A stretch of DNA of 64,000 nucleotides from contig CAYRYE010000001.1 in assembly GCA_964428655.1 (NCBI GenBank), forward strand, positions 9,328 through 73,327, in the 5' to 3' direction. The DNA comes from an uncultured Gammaproteobacteria bacterium. Its GTDB lineage: Bacteria; Patescibacteriota; Microgenomatia; UBA12405; JAHJSD01. The position numbers and the translations under genes were made by a program. The notes beneath the pieces were generated by a model that saw nothing but the letters and a program-made list of their open reading frames with translations, searched no databases and was not told the origin of the DNA. This document shows positions 9,849-20,097 of the stretch, one piece after another; position 1 is the first letter of the stretch, and each line of letters begins with the position of its first letter.

Positions 9849-11186
9849 ATGACTGTTAATCTTGATTCTCTCTGGTCTAGTGTTTTAACTGAACTCAAAT
9901 TATCTTTAAGCAAAACTATTTTTCAAACTCTCTTTGTTGATACTTCTTTAAAAGAATGTAAAAATCAAATCGCCACCATTGCTTGTCCTAACCCTTATTT
10001 AGCTGATCTGATTGAGAAACGATATTACAGTCTTATCAAGGCGGCTTTGGACCGCCAAACTGGTGACAACACTTCACTCACCTTTATTATTAAAAAACAG
10101 ATAGAAAAACCAAATAAAACAGGACCCTTGTTTGAGCAACAGCCAACCAGTTTAGCTTCAGCAAAAACTGGTCTTCATCCAAGCTTTAGCTTTGAAAACT
10201 TTGTTGTTGGTGACGCTAACCACTTTGCATTTGCCGCTGCTCAAGGAATTATTAAAAATCCAGGAATTACATATAACCCCTTGTTTATCTGGGGTGGTGT
10301 CGGAGTCGGTAAAACTCATTTAATGCAAGCGATTGGCAATGAACTTTTCAAACTCCACTCGGATTGGAAAATACTCTACGCTAATGCAGAAACATTCGGC
10401 AGTGAACTAATTGCTTCTTTAAAAGAAAAAACCATGAATAAATTCAAGCATAAATATCGAAATATTGATATTTTGCTCATTGATGATATTCAATTTATTG
10501 CTGGTAAAGAATATACCCAAAGTGAATTTTTCCATACTTTTAATTTTCTTTATTTAGCCGGCAAACAAATTATTCTTACTTCAGATAGTAAACCCGAGGA
10601 AATTCAACCTTTGAAAGACCGACTTACTTCCCGATTCATGGGAGGATTAACTGTTGATATTCAACCACCAGATTTTGAAATGCGAGTTGCTATCCTTAAA
10701 CAAAAAATTGAACAGAGAAAAATAAATATCCCAGAAGATACGATTACTTTTATTGCCGAAACAATTGAATCAAATGCTCGCGAACTAGAAGGATCTTTGA
10801 TTCAAATCTCTGCTAAAGCACAAGCCCAGGGAATAATTCCTAATCTAGAATTTGTTAAAAACTTTTTTGGTGTTAAGCAAACCAACTCAAATAATAAAAA
10901 AGTTTCTCGTCGAAGAATCATTTCCACTGTCGCCAAAAACTACAAAATCAAAACCTCAGAACTAATCGGTAAGTCTAGAAAAAAGAATATTATTATTGCT
11001 CGTCATATTGCCGCTTATTTCCTTAGAAGGGAACTGGAAATACCTCTTAAACAAGTAGGTGAAATTTTAGGTGGTCGAGACCATACAACAATCATGTATG
11101 CCGAAGAAAAGATTGACCGTCTCTTTTCCACAAATCAACAAATAAGGCATGACATCTTGGAGATGAGAAAAGTGATTTATTCTTGA
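9849..11186 (+). CDS. dnaA: Chromosomal replication initiator DnaA
   Basis: NPLFIWGGVGVGKTHL, LLIDDIQF and GGRDHTTIM. Confidence 0.97.
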   Translation: MTVNLDSLWSSVLTELKLSLSKTIFQTLFVDTSLKECKNQIATIACPNPYLADLIEKRYYSLIKAALDRQTGDNTSLTFIIKKQIEKPNKTGPLFEQQPTSLASAKTGLHPSFSFENFVVGDANHFAFAAAQGIIKNPGITYNPLFIWGGVGVGKTHLMQAIGNELFKLHSDWKILYANAETFGSELIASLKEKTMNKFKHKYRNIDILLIDDIQFIAGKEYTQSEFFHTFNFLYLAGKQIILTSDSKPEEIQPLKDRLTSRFMGGLTVDIQPPDFEMRVAILKQKIEQRKINIPEDTITFIAETIESNARELEGSLIQISAKAQAQGIIPNLEFVKNFFGVKQTNSNNKKVSRRRIISTVAKNYKIKTSELIGKSRKKNIIIARHIAAYFLRRELEIPLKQVGEILGGRDHTTIMYAEEKIDRLFSTNQQIRHDILEMRKVIYS

Positions 11187-12034
11187 TTCTCTTGTAACGT
11201 CCCTTCTTCAATTTTAACCATGACTGCCGAAATATCATCTATTCTTTTTCTTCCAGTTTTTTCCGCTTCAGTCCGAGCTAAATTAGTAATAAAAGCGGCT
11301 GGATCAGGTTGCTCAAGAGCTTGTTTGATAACATTCTTTATCTCTTCATCCGAAATATATTTTGTAACTCCATCACTAACTAACAAAAGAACATCGCCAA
11401 ATAACGGCATATAAAAGCCTGTTTCAGGATTGAAAAAATCCTTAAGACCAACTCCTCTAGTTAATACATTAACTCTAGCTCCCTCTTTCCTTGCTACTTG
11501 GACAGCTCTCTGGCGAGAATGACCTTCTCTGATTAACTGCCAAACTCTTTTTTCTAATGCATCATGATCAGTTGTTACTTGAGAAAGCTGGTTTTGACTT
11601 AAAATATAAAGTCTTGAATCGCCAAGATGAGCCCAACAAATTCTCCTTCCGGCAATGACTATTGCGGTAAAAGTAGCTACTGTTTCTCTATCCGGTGATT
11701 GTTTTCTAGCATACTCTCTCGCTGTCTTTATTATCTCAATTAAAACCTTATCACCGTTCCCTCCACTGACAGAAATGGGACAAGTTTGAGTGGTATCAAT
11801 CAAAGCCTGGGCCATAACACAACCTCTTGCTGTACTAACACCGTCACTCTCAACTGCCATAAAATCTCCTGCCTTATTTACCCCTGCCCAAACTCGATCG
11901 TCACATCTCTTTTCCATATATTGTCCATCTTCTTTTAAATAGGCTCCGGGAACAACTGAAGTCCAATGGACAATTTTTAATTGTTTCCCACTCTCCACAT
12001 GACTTACTTGATTGACATCTTCTGTTTGCTCCAC
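11177..12034 (-). CDS. PP2C/PPM-family Ser/Thr phosphatase
   Basis: ESDGV, AHLGDSRLY, TTDH, LTRGVG, LLVSDGV and DDIS motifs. Start uncertain (GTG at 12034). Confidence 0.85.
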   Translation of the reverse strand: MEQTEDVNQVSHVESGKQLKIVHWTSVVPGAYLKEDGQYMEKRCDDRVWAGVNKAGDFMAVESDGVSTARGCVMAQALIDTTQTCPISVSGGNGDKVLIEIIKTAREYARKQSPDRETVATFTAIVIAGRRICWAHLGDSRLYILSQNQLSQVTTDHDALEKRVWQLIREGHSRQRAVQVARKEGARVNVLTRGVGLKDFFNPETGFYMPLFGDVLLLVSDGVTKYISDEEIKNVIKQALEQPDPAAFITNLARTEAEKTGRKRIDDISAVMVKIEEGTLQENQE

Positions 12035-12069
12035 TACAAAATAAATTATAGCGCAAAAAATGCGCAAAG

Positions 12070-12389
12070 TTGTTTTTCATGACTTCTTATCTAATAAAAA
12101 TCAAGGTTGAAATTCTGGAAAAAAAAGAAATTCTATTTCCAATATTCCACATCGGAATCTAATTTATCCACAATTTTCTCCACAAATTAAGCTGTATTTT
12201 CCACCTCCTATAGTTAGTTTCAGGTATAAACTATCGGTTTCATTAATCAGTTTTAACTTTGATCTTAGGCAAAAATGTTAAAAACCAATCCTTTTTCCTC
12301 ATTAATACCAAACCCAATGTTTAACTTGAATTTCCACTTATTGACACTCCCTATTAATTAGACTACTATTTATTAGAATTAGAATTATT
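12070..12389. promoter_or_regulatory. Probable oriC (DnaA-box cluster plus DnaA-trio-like unwinding element)
   Basis: TTATCCACA at 12164, TTCTCCACA at 12176 and TATTCCACA at 12143. TTTCCACTTATTGACA-CTCCC-TATTAATTAGACTACTATT lies just before dnaN. The region is AT-rich. Confidence 0.8.
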
Positions 12390-13520
12390 ATGAAGTTAAA
12401 ACTACTCCAAGAGGATTTGAATAAAAATTTATCAATAACTTCTCGTTTCGTTGCTTCTAGACCTCAATTGCCTATTTTAGCTAATATTCTCTTTTCCGCA
12501 GAAAAAAATAATAAATTATTCTTAACAGCGACTAATTTGGAAATAGGTATTTGTTGTGGGTTAGGCGCCAAGGTTGAAACGACTGGCAAACTGGCTATTC
12601 CTGCTAAAGAAATTAGCGAGTTTGTTTCCTATCTTTCTGTGGGAAAATTGACCTTAGAAAGTAAAAAGAAAACCCAAATTAAGATAATATCTCCTAGCGG
12701 CGAAAGTCTTTTTACCGGCATGGATCCGGCGGAATTTCCTAAAATTCCTAGTATTAATGAAGATGAGGCCGTTTCTTTGCCTATGAAAGGAATGATTGAA
12801 GCTGTTAATCAAGTAGGCTTCGCAGTGGCTGGTGATGATACGAGGCCTGTGTTGGGGGCAATCAATTGGCAATTTACCACTAGCGGTTATCGTATGGTAG
12901 CCACTGATGGTTATAGATTATCTTTAAAGAATGTTTCTGGAGTTAAGATTAAGGTTAATGCCAAGAATGGCAAAACAACCTTTTTGATTCCTGCTAGAAG
13001 TTTAGCTGAAATTGTTCGTTTAGCAGCTGGTCAAGATAAAATTAAAGTTGGTTTAACTAAGGATGGCAATCAGGTTATTTTTCTTCTTCCTGATCTTCAG
13101 CTGACTTCTCGATTAATTGAAGGTGAATTTCCTGACTACGAGAAGATTATTCCTAGTCAAACAAAAACTAAAGTTGTATTAGAAAAAGAAGAGTTTTTGC
13201 AGGCGGTTAAAATTGCCTCAGTTTTTGCCAGAGAATCGGCAAATGTAGTTAAATTTAGTTTAAAAGACAACCGGATGACTATTTCAGCTAACGCTCCTAG
13301 TGTTGGGGAGAATAAAACCGAAGTTGGCGCTAAGATTGATGGACCAAAACTAGAAATAGCTTTTAATTTCAGATTTATTTTAGATTTTTTAAATGCGGTT
13401 CCCGTAGAAGAAGGAGAGATAAATCTGGAATTTACTGAATCTTTAACTCCTGGTCTTTTTAAAATTCCTTCTGATTCTTCTTGGCTTCATTTAATTATGC
13501 CGGTAAGAGTGGATTTATAA
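12390..13520 (+). CDS. dnaN: DNA polymerase III beta clamp
   Basis: ATNLE, VATDGYRL, RLIEGEFPDY and LIMPVR. Confidence 0.97.
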   Translation: MKLKLLQEDLNKNLSITSRFVASRPQLPILANILFSAEKNNKLFLTATNLEIGICCGLGAKVETTGKLAIPAKEISEFVSYLSVGKLTLESKKKTQIKIISPSGESLFTGMDPAEFPKIPSINEDEAVSLPMKGMIEAVNQVGFAVAGDDTRPVLGAINWQFTTSGYRMVATDGYRLSLKNVSGVKIKVNAKNGKTTFLIPARSLAEIVRLAAGQDKIKVGLTKDGNQVIFLLPDLQLTSRLIEGEFPDYEKIIPSQTKTKVVLEKEEFLQAVKIASVFARESANVVKFSLKDNRMTISANAPSVGENKTEVGAKIDGPKLEIAFNFRFILDFLNAVPVEEGEINLEFTESLTPGLFKIPSDSSWLHLIMPVRVDL

Positions 13521-13528
13521 ACTAAGAA

Positions 13529-13936
13529 CTATTTCCAACTTATCTCATGTGTTTGAGGATCAATTTCTTTGCTGTGGATCCAGTCAAGGATTTTTTGGCG
13601 AGTGACAGCTGAAGTTGTTACCTTGATAGTAATTTCAAGTTTTAATGGACCGATGTAGCGAATAGCAATGTTTTTGTCGGGATAGGGGAGATAAGGAGAA
13701 AGAGGGAAGTTGTTTAAAATATTCTGGACAAATTCTTCTTCAGTGATTCCCTTATCGCCGGTATCAGCAGGGGACTTAGTGGGGATTTTAGTTGGATACG
13801 GGGTGGGAAGAAGTGTTGGTATTACCTCTTCTGCTTTTTGAGAACCGAATAGTTTAAAACCCAGAAGCAGACTGGCGATCAAAGCTAAAAGAATGATTAA
13901 CTGATATTTTTTAACAAAAGCAATTAATTTTTTCAT
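13529..13936 (-). CDS. Hypothetical membrane-anchored protein (T4SS operon)
   Basis: N-terminal TM segment and PT-rich linker; last gene of the VirB4 operon. Confidence 0.7.
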   Translation of the reverse strand: MKKLIAFVKKYQLIILLALIASLLLGFKLFGSQKAEEVIPTLLPTPYPTKIPTKSPADTGDKGITEEEFVQNILNNFPLSPYLPYPDKNIAIRYIGPLKLEITIKVTTSAVTRQKILDWIHSKEIDPQTHEISWK

Positions 13937-13945
13937 TTTTAATAA

Positions 13946-16579
13946 TCAGTGACAGCGGATAAATTCAGCCACGCTGGCAACTGGTACGCTCTTAAAATTA
14001 ATTCTACCAGATCCGCCCCAGGCCTGAGCCACTTGAACCATACCGCTATCTAAATCAGCGCCGATGACGATAGCGATGTGACCATATGCTCCTGATGTCC
14101 AAATAGTGTTATCGCCAATTTGAATAGCAGCCATGTTTTCTCCTGGCGAATATACATGAGTACATTGGCCACAACCGCTTCCAACAAAGTGTTTAGCGTC
14201 ACCACAAGCGGGTAGATTTTGTTCAACGGCTCGTTTAAAACCAACACACTGAAGAGTTCCATCCCAAGCAAGTGATATTTTAAAAGTATCTATGATTCTC
14301 TCGGCAGAACCAATCAATTGTTGTAAGGTTTGGCTAGCTCGAAGACAGATAGCAGTCATGTTCATAGAGTTGTTAGTAACCGCCGAAATATTGCAGTCTT
14401 GAAGAATAAAGTTAATATAACAGGCAACTTTTGCCGATTGATTGTTTATACTTTGACAATAACCAACATCGCTTTCAAAAGGAAGCATGTCTCTTATTTC
14501 ACCAATAAGTTCTTCTTCGGTAATTCCTCTTTCAATTGGCGGAGCTAAAGTTTGGTTATACATTTGCATTGGTCCCAAGTTAATGAAAAACAAAACACCA
14601 AAAACGAGAACAAAAATAAGAGCAAGAGGGACAACAGTAGTAACGGTTCCTATGGCAAGGATAATGCCGACCGGGTAATAAATAATGTCTTTGAACCATT
14701 TCAGGACAGGAATTTTGCCAAGAATATCACGGAGTTTAGTTGATAGACCGAGAGTAAAGAAGTTTAAAACCTCAGGAATTTTAAGTTTTTCAGCAATCTT
14801 TTTGATTAGACTCCAGCCCAATCTTAGAGCTTCTGCTCCCAGCCAAATAAGAATACTGGCCCCACCAGTGGGGATGCCTAAAGCGGTGGCCAAAGCAACG
14901 GCAAGAGTTTCTCCGGCAAGGAGTTCTGCTGCTTTTTCAGCTGTCACAAGAACTCCTTTTTCGGCCAGTCTTTTAACTATTTTTTCAGCGGCGTATTTGT
15001 AAAACTTTGTTTTTATTTTCCCAGTAAGTTTTCCAGTAAGTTTTTTAATCGGGATTTTCTTTTTAACCCATCTGTTAAATCTACTTTTGGCTATGTGCTG
15101 ACCAAAATCGGTAACGGGTCTAACAGTTTCCATAATCGCATAGTTAGGGCTTTCTGAAACTTGGCAGGCGGTGCCACCAGGCTTATAAACAGTATCCCAA
15201 TAAGCGATTGCCGGATCAGAAGAGATTGTTTTGGCTGCTGGTTGTTCTTGGACATAATCGTAGAATTTCTGCCAAACATCAACTAACTCTTGCAATTTTG
15301 GTGTTTGGGCAAGTTGGGTGATGGTATATAAAATTGCTGGGGGGTTATTTTTTCCTGGCCTAAGAACATGGAAAATATTGATTGGTTTTGCAGGCAGGTT
15401 ATTGGTTTGTTCAACAAGAGTTTTTTGCCGAGGCATAGGCGTAACTGCCACCGCTCTGCTAAAGTAAGTTGGCAGGCTGGTGAGGGTTTGAACAGCAAGC
15501 TCTACAGCCGGAGTGACTGTTTCCGCGGATGGATCTAAACCAATGTTTGCCAGGTGTCCAATAACGATTTGCTCAACATTATTTTGGGCGTCTTGCCTGA
15601 TTTGTGTTGGCGTCATGTCTTTGGCAATTGCTTTAAGGATAGGAGTAACAGAAGTAATCATTCCTTGTACTAATTGAGTTCCTTCTTTTTCAGTTAGAGA
15701 AACATTGTGGTTTGACAAGACAATGGCAATAGTTGGAGTAGCGATTAGCGGGGCTATTCCTGACTGATCGGCTGTTTCATGAGCAGTTAGTGTTAAAGCA
15801 GCGGCAATTTGATTTAAGGCTTCAGGTGGTAAAGTAGTCGTGATTGATTCTGACAGTGATTGGGGTAGTTCTGGTGAAGGATTGGCGATGCGATAGGCAA
15901 CAGCCGTTGTGGCAGTTGAAAATTGATTTGTTTTGGCTAGTTTCCGGACTTGATCAACAATTGTTTTTCTGATTTCTGGTTGGGGAATAACTCCTTTGAT
16001 TGTGGTTTGTTGTACAGTGCCTGTTTGAAAAGAAGCAAATACCACTTCTTCTGTTTGAGTAGTGGTTAAAGGAATATTATCAACACTTGTGACGGTTGTT
16101 ATTTGTTCAGTTCTCTGTTCTAAAATTCGAGAGATAACCTTGTCTATTTCTGTTTGACTTAAACCATATCTTTCTAAAATTTTACTTAATTCTGTTTTGT
16201 CTCGGATTTCAGCAACAAGTCTTTCTCTTTCTTCTAAAGCTTGAAGCATTTCTTTAAGATTAGAAGGCACTTCACCATGAGTAATAGTATTGCCAGTGAT
16301 AGGCATTTCTTGATAAAAGAAAGCAGAAATTCTATGGAAGAAATCATAAAGATTTTCTTGTTCTTCTAAAGTAAGACCAAAAAGCTGTTCCAGACGAGCA
16401 AAAAGTTGGTTCAGTTGTTCATCAGGCCAACCCAGTTTTTTGAGCGCTTCTTGTTTGTTTGGAGTATCTGATACTCGAGTCGAGAGATCAAAAAAATATT
16501 CAGCGAGAGCGTTGTTTCTTGGTTCAGTAAGCTGGACTCTTGTTTTGGTTTGACTAATTGCCTCTATCTCTCTGGCCAT
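13946..16579 (-). CDS. Large membrane protein with C-terminal CHAP-like peptidoglycan hydrolase
   Basis: C-terminal QCVGF...GD..IW..GAYGHIAIV...QAWG; hydrophobic segments around aa 550-670. Confidence 0.75.
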   Translation of the reverse strand: MAREIEAISQTKTRVQLTEPRNNALAEYFFDLSTRVSDTPNKQEALKKLGWPDEQLNQLFARLEQLFGLTLEEQENLYDFFHRISAFFYQEMPITGNTITHGEVPSNLKEMLQALEERERLVAEIRDKTELSKILERYGLSQTEIDKVISRILEQRTEQITTVTSVDNIPLTTTQTEEVVFASFQTGTVQQTTIKGVIPQPEIRKTIVDQVRKLAKTNQFSTATTAVAYRIANPSPELPQSLSESITTTLPPEALNQIAAALTLTAHETADQSGIAPLIATPTIAIVLSNHNVSLTEKEGTQLVQGMITSVTPILKAIAKDMTPTQIRQDAQNNVEQIVIGHLANIGLDPSAETVTPAVELAVQTLTSLPTYFSRAVAVTPMPRQKTLVEQTNNLPAKPINIFHVLRPGKNNPPAILYTITQLAQTPKLQELVDVWQKFYDYVQEQPAAKTISSDPAIAYWDTVYKPGGTACQVSESPNYAIMETVRPVTDFGQHIAKSRFNRWVKKKIPIKKLTGKLTGKIKTKFYKYAAEKIVKRLAEKGVLVTAEKAAELLAGETLAVALATALGIPTGGASILIWLGAEALRLGWSLIKKIAEKLKIPEVLNFFTLGLSTKLRDILGKIPVLKWFKDIIYYPVGIILAIGTVTTVVPLALIFVLVFGVLFFINLGPMQMYNQTLAPPIERGITEEELIGEIRDMLPFESDVGYCQSINNQSAKVACYINFILQDCNISAVTNNSMNMTAICLRASQTLQQLIGSAERIIDTFKISLAWDGTLQCVGFKRAVEQNLPACGDAKHFVGSGCGQCTHVYSPGENMAAIQIGDNTIWTSGAYGHIAIVIGADLDSGMVQVAQAWGGSGRINFKSVPVASVAEFIRCH

Positions 16580-16586
16580 GGCTGGT

Positions 16587-18467
16587 TTAAACTTCTACTT
16601 TTATCGGTTGAATTGTTGGTCTTGATTTGGGTGATGGTGGGGTAGTTTTTTCCCTTTTCATTTCTAATAATTCTTCCGGGTTAGAGGTAATTACTTTGTG
16701 TTCGTTGGGAGAAGCAATGACTCGAATAGCCACATGGTTTTTGCCGGCAAAAAAGATTCCTTCACCGATATCAGCTCCCAAAAGCAATTGTCTTTCCCCC
16801 TCAGACAAGTAGAAAACATCAGTAACTTGATCCATGGCTGCCGGGTGCTGTTTGAGCAGTATTTGGATTGAAGAGTTAGTGACGATAGCCTTGCCGTAGT
16901 CAGATTGCAGGAAATCCTGGACATCTTGGGTAATGGTAGTAACGCCAAGATAATATTTCCTTGCCCTTTTGGCTAAGCTGTAAAGGAACTGAGCAGAATC
17001 TTTGTATTTCATTAGATACCAGGCCTCATCAACGACCAAAATGCGTCGTTTCATTTCTCGTCGGATTTTATTCCAAATAAAATCTAGGATAATATACATT
17101 GCTGTTGGTCGAAGGGCTTCCTCAAGATCTCGAATACCAAAGACAACAAATTTGTTTTTAATGTCAACATTAGTTTGAGAGTTGAACAAACCAGCGAATG
17201 AGCCTTTAATGAATTTTTCTAATCGGGCTGCTAAAGAAGCGGCCTTAGGATCTTCCATACCAATTAAGACTTTATAGAGGTCTTCAATTAAGGGCATTTC
17301 TTTTCCTTTTTGAGACTCTGGGTCAAGAGTGATACCTTTCATTTTGTAAGATTGAATTAGGGCTCGATCCAGCAGAGCCTCTTCTTCCGGATTTAACTCA
17401 CCCATAATTACCTTGAATAAGCCGTGAAGAGCCAGAATTTTGCGACCTAATTCATTTTCACTGTTTTCCTGGGAAGAAATTTCTAAATCGAAAGGATTTA
17501 TTTTTGAAGGCGAGTTAAAGCTAAAAGTGATATATTGGCCGCCAACAGCTTTGGCCAAATCCTGGTATTCGTTTTCCGGGTCAATGACCATGATTTCTGT
17601 ACCAAACATTAAAGATCGGAAAACTTCCAGTTTTATCATATAAGATTTTCCTGCGCCCGATTTAGCAAAAACGATAGAGTTCGCGTTTTCCAGGGAGAAT
17701 CGGTCAAAAATAACTAGTGAGCCATTGTGTTCGTTGATGCCGTACATGATTCCTTTGTCGTCAGAAAGATCAGAGGAGACAAAAGGAAAGGTTGTTGCCA
17801 GTGAAGTAGTGTCCATATTGCGAGTAATTTTGAGCAGATCTTGACAAATTGGCAAAGTGGTTTTAAACCCATTTTCCATTTGCAGAGTGGCATGTTTGGG
17901 GATAATTAAAAGTGATCCTAAGTTTGATTCAAGTTCCTTAGTGGTCTGGTTTAACTGGTCAATTGATTTAGCTCCAATAGTGATATAGAGACCGAGCTGG
18001 AAAAATTTCTCAATACCCTTAACCAGCTCTTCTTGCAAGGTAAGTGCATCCTCAAGTTTAGCTTTAGTAGCCGGATTGATTACTCTGCCTCGTTGAATGT
18101 CTGAGGAGAGTTCAGCTTCCATTTCAGCAATTTTGCGACGGAGATCGTCTAAGATTTCTTTACCTTCAGTGGGATAGATATACATGGAAGTATCTAGAGA
18201 GTGGTCGAAGTTGATTAACGATGAAAGCCAATTGGCGGAGACAAACCTGGGGTAGTTAACAATAAAAAGAGTTCGATAGTAACGATTATTAATTCTAACC
18301 CAATCAAAATCGACTTCAATAGCTGAAGGGGCGACAATGTCTTTTACAGAAACCAACCCAGCAGAAAACGAAACAGGTTTAGTTTTGTCAGTTGGATTAA
18401 CTGTTGTTTTTTGGTTTTTGGTTGACTTCTTTACTGGTTTGATTTTGTTGAAAAAATCTAGGATCAT
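16587..18467 (-). CDS. VirB4-like T4SS ATPase
   Basis: AKSGAGKS Walker A, VIDPENEY, INPFD, VVDEAW and RARKY. Confidence 0.92.
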   Translation of the reverse strand: MILDFFNKIKPVKKSTKNQKTTVNPTDKTKPVSFSAGLVSVKDIVAPSAIEVDFDWVRINNRYYRTLFIVNYPRFVSANWLSSLINFDHSLDTSMYIYPTEGKEILDDLRRKIAEMEAELSSDIQRGRVINPATKAKLEDALTLQEELVKGIEKFFQLGLYITIGAKSIDQLNQTTKELESNLGSLLIIPKHATLQMENGFKTTLPICQDLLKITRNMDTTSLATTFPFVSSDLSDDKGIMYGINEHNGSLVIFDRFSLENANSIVFAKSGAGKSYMIKLEVFRSLMFGTEIMVIDPENEYQDLAKAVGGQYITFSFNSPSKINPFDLEISSQENSENELGRKILALHGLFKVIMGELNPEEEALLDRALIQSYKMKGITLDPESQKGKEMPLIEDLYKVLIGMEDPKAASLAARLEKFIKGSFAGLFNSQTNVDIKNKFVVFGIRDLEEALRPTAMYIILDFIWNKIRREMKRRILVVDEAWYLMKYKDSAQFLYSLAKRARKYYLGVTTITQDVQDFLQSDYGKAIVTNSSIQILLKQHPAAMDQVTDVFYLSEGERQLLLGADIGEGIFFAGKNHVAIRVIASPNEHKVITSNPEELLEMKREKTTPPSPKSRPTIQPIKVEV

Positions 18468-19182
18468 CTTGTTTTAGCTTTACTCTTCCTTTAATAATAG
18501 CTCCTTGTTGATTTAAAGCGTCAATATTATCAACCAGACTTGATTCCTGATTATAAATCTGATAGAAAAGCTGGATTAACTCTTTGCTTTTAAGCTGTTT
18601 AATTGATAAACCCAGTCTACCAAAAAGACGAATTAAATGTTCTTTTTTGGGTTCTAAAGTTGCCTTAGCTCTTTCCAAGATCTTTTCTTTAGCCATAGGT
18701 AGTGATTTGTTTGTTTGTTTGTTTAATAGTGAGAGTGGGAGAGGCAGACTAGTTTTAACCGCTGTTTGGACTCCTAGTTCGACTGAAAAGAAAGGGATAA
18801 TTATATAGAAAGATTTGGCTAAAACGTTGTTTTTCTTAACTACTTCCTCGACGAATTGGCGATAAAGGATAATCTGTTTTTTCAACAGTGGTTCGTTGAT
18901 TTTAGCCTCTTGTTTTTTGAGACGATTAACATAATTGGAAACATCCTTTAAAGTGGATCGGATCACGATTTGAACTGGAAAAGTAAGTGAGTTGAGCATG
19001 GCGGCGTAAGTGTAGATCATTGCCTCTTGTTCTTTTTCAGAAAGAAGGTCAAAGTTAACTGATGAAGTTTCTAAAATCATAATACAAGACCCATTTTTTA
19101 AAATGGTTAAATCTTCCTTGATGTCTTCGATAGGGAGATGTTCTTGAGTGGTTCCTTTAATAGCAATTTTGTTTAAGTCCAT
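18397..19182 (-). CDS. VirB4/TraC N-terminal-like T4SS protein
   Basis: TQEHLPIEDI, SVNFDLLSEKEQ and LNSLTFPVQI; overlaps the virB4 start. Confidence 0.75.
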   Translation of the reverse strand: MDLNKIAIKGTTQEHLPIEDIKEDLTILKNGSCIMILETSSVNFDLLSEKEQEAMIYTYAAMLNSLTFPVQIVIRSTLKDVSNYVNRLKKQEAKINEPLLKKQIILYRQFVEEVVKKNNVLAKSFYIIIPFFSVELGVQTAVKTSLPLPLSLLNKQTNKSLPMAKEKILERAKATLEPKKEHLIRLFGRLGLSIKQLKSKELIQLFYQIYNQESSLVDNIDALNQQGAIIKGRVKLKQDDPRFFQQNQTSKEVNQKPKNNS

Positions 19183-19188
19183 GGGAGC

Positions 19189-20037
19189 TTAGCTCTTGGT
19201 TGTAATTTTTAACGGTGAGATTACTTTGCCTTCTACCTTGATTTTGATTATATCAAACTGATAGCTTTCTTTTTCTGCCAATATTAGGTATTCACCATTG
19301 GCCAGAGGAGTGGCGGTTTTGAATTGTCCTAATTGATTGGTTCGTAAGGCTCGAACCGGGTTTTCAGAGATGTCTTGAATTTCAATAATTACATCTTCCA
19401 TGATTTTTCCGTCTTGATTTGTAACCATACCAACAATAATATTAGGGGTTGTTGGTGGTTGGGGCATAGGTATTTCCCCGAAAGCAGCTTCAATAGTTGG
19501 TTTCGGTGTCACCACAGTTTTAGGAATGTCGATTTCTACTCTAGGAGTGATGGTTGTTTTTCTTTCGGGTGGCTTTTGAATTTGAACAGGAGCAGTAACT
19601 TCTTTTTTCTGATCAGTCTTTTTTTGTTTTTTGGGAAGCGAGGCAAGAAACTCTTCTAATTGAGGTTTTTTTGATATAATGGGCTCTTCTTCTTCTTCTT
19701 CTTCCTCCTCCTCTTCTTTAAAGCTCGTGTCAAAGATATCTAGTGTGGTTAGTTGTTTTTGCCAGAGATAAATTGTTGGCGAAAGGACGCTTTTGACAAA
19801 AGCAAAAATCCAGACCTCTAGTGGTCTTTCATTGACAGGTAAGAAAGCTAGGGCGATTCCAAGGAGGCCAAAACTTAAAACTAAGGGCCATTTTATAATA
19901 AAAGATAGATGACTGGAGTAAAAAATAAAGGCAATAACTAGACCACCGGCAACCTTAAAAAACTGCTTCAAAGTCATATTTCCTACTAGTCGAAACTCGT
20001 AGGAAGAAATTTGTTGTGGGATGGGATGTTGTTCCAT
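19189..20037 (-). CDS. PrgI-family (VirB3-like) protein with C-terminal carboxypeptidase-regulatory-like beta domain
   Basis: HPIPQQI..YEFRLVGNMTLKQF, two TM segments, ERPLEVW and an E11 tract. Confidence 0.8.
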   Translation of the reverse strand: MEQHPIPQQISSYEFRLVGNMTLKQFFKVAGGLVIAFIFYSSHLSFIIKWPLVLSFGLLGIALAFLPVNERPLEVWIFAFVKSVLSPTIYLWQKQLTTLDIFDTSFKEEEEEEEEEEEPIISKKPQLEEFLASLPKKQKKTDQKKEVTAPVQIQKPPERKTTITPRVEIDIPKTVVTPKPTIEAAFGEIPMPQPPTTPNIIVGMVTNQDGKIMEDVIIEIQDISENPVRALRTNQLGQFKTATPLANGEYLILAEKESYQFDIIKIKVEGKVISPLKITTKS

Positions 20038-20097
20038 CGTTATTTCATTTTAAAGGAGTGAGTATTAAGTAGCAAGTAAGATGAGATATAATTGTTT

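Noticed and set aside
19684-19716. Poly-Glu (E11) tract in PrgI as a contingency locus or RimK substrate
   Set aside because: It is an in-frame mix of GAA/GAG codons in a disordered linker, with no evidence for phase variation or a link to the ligases.
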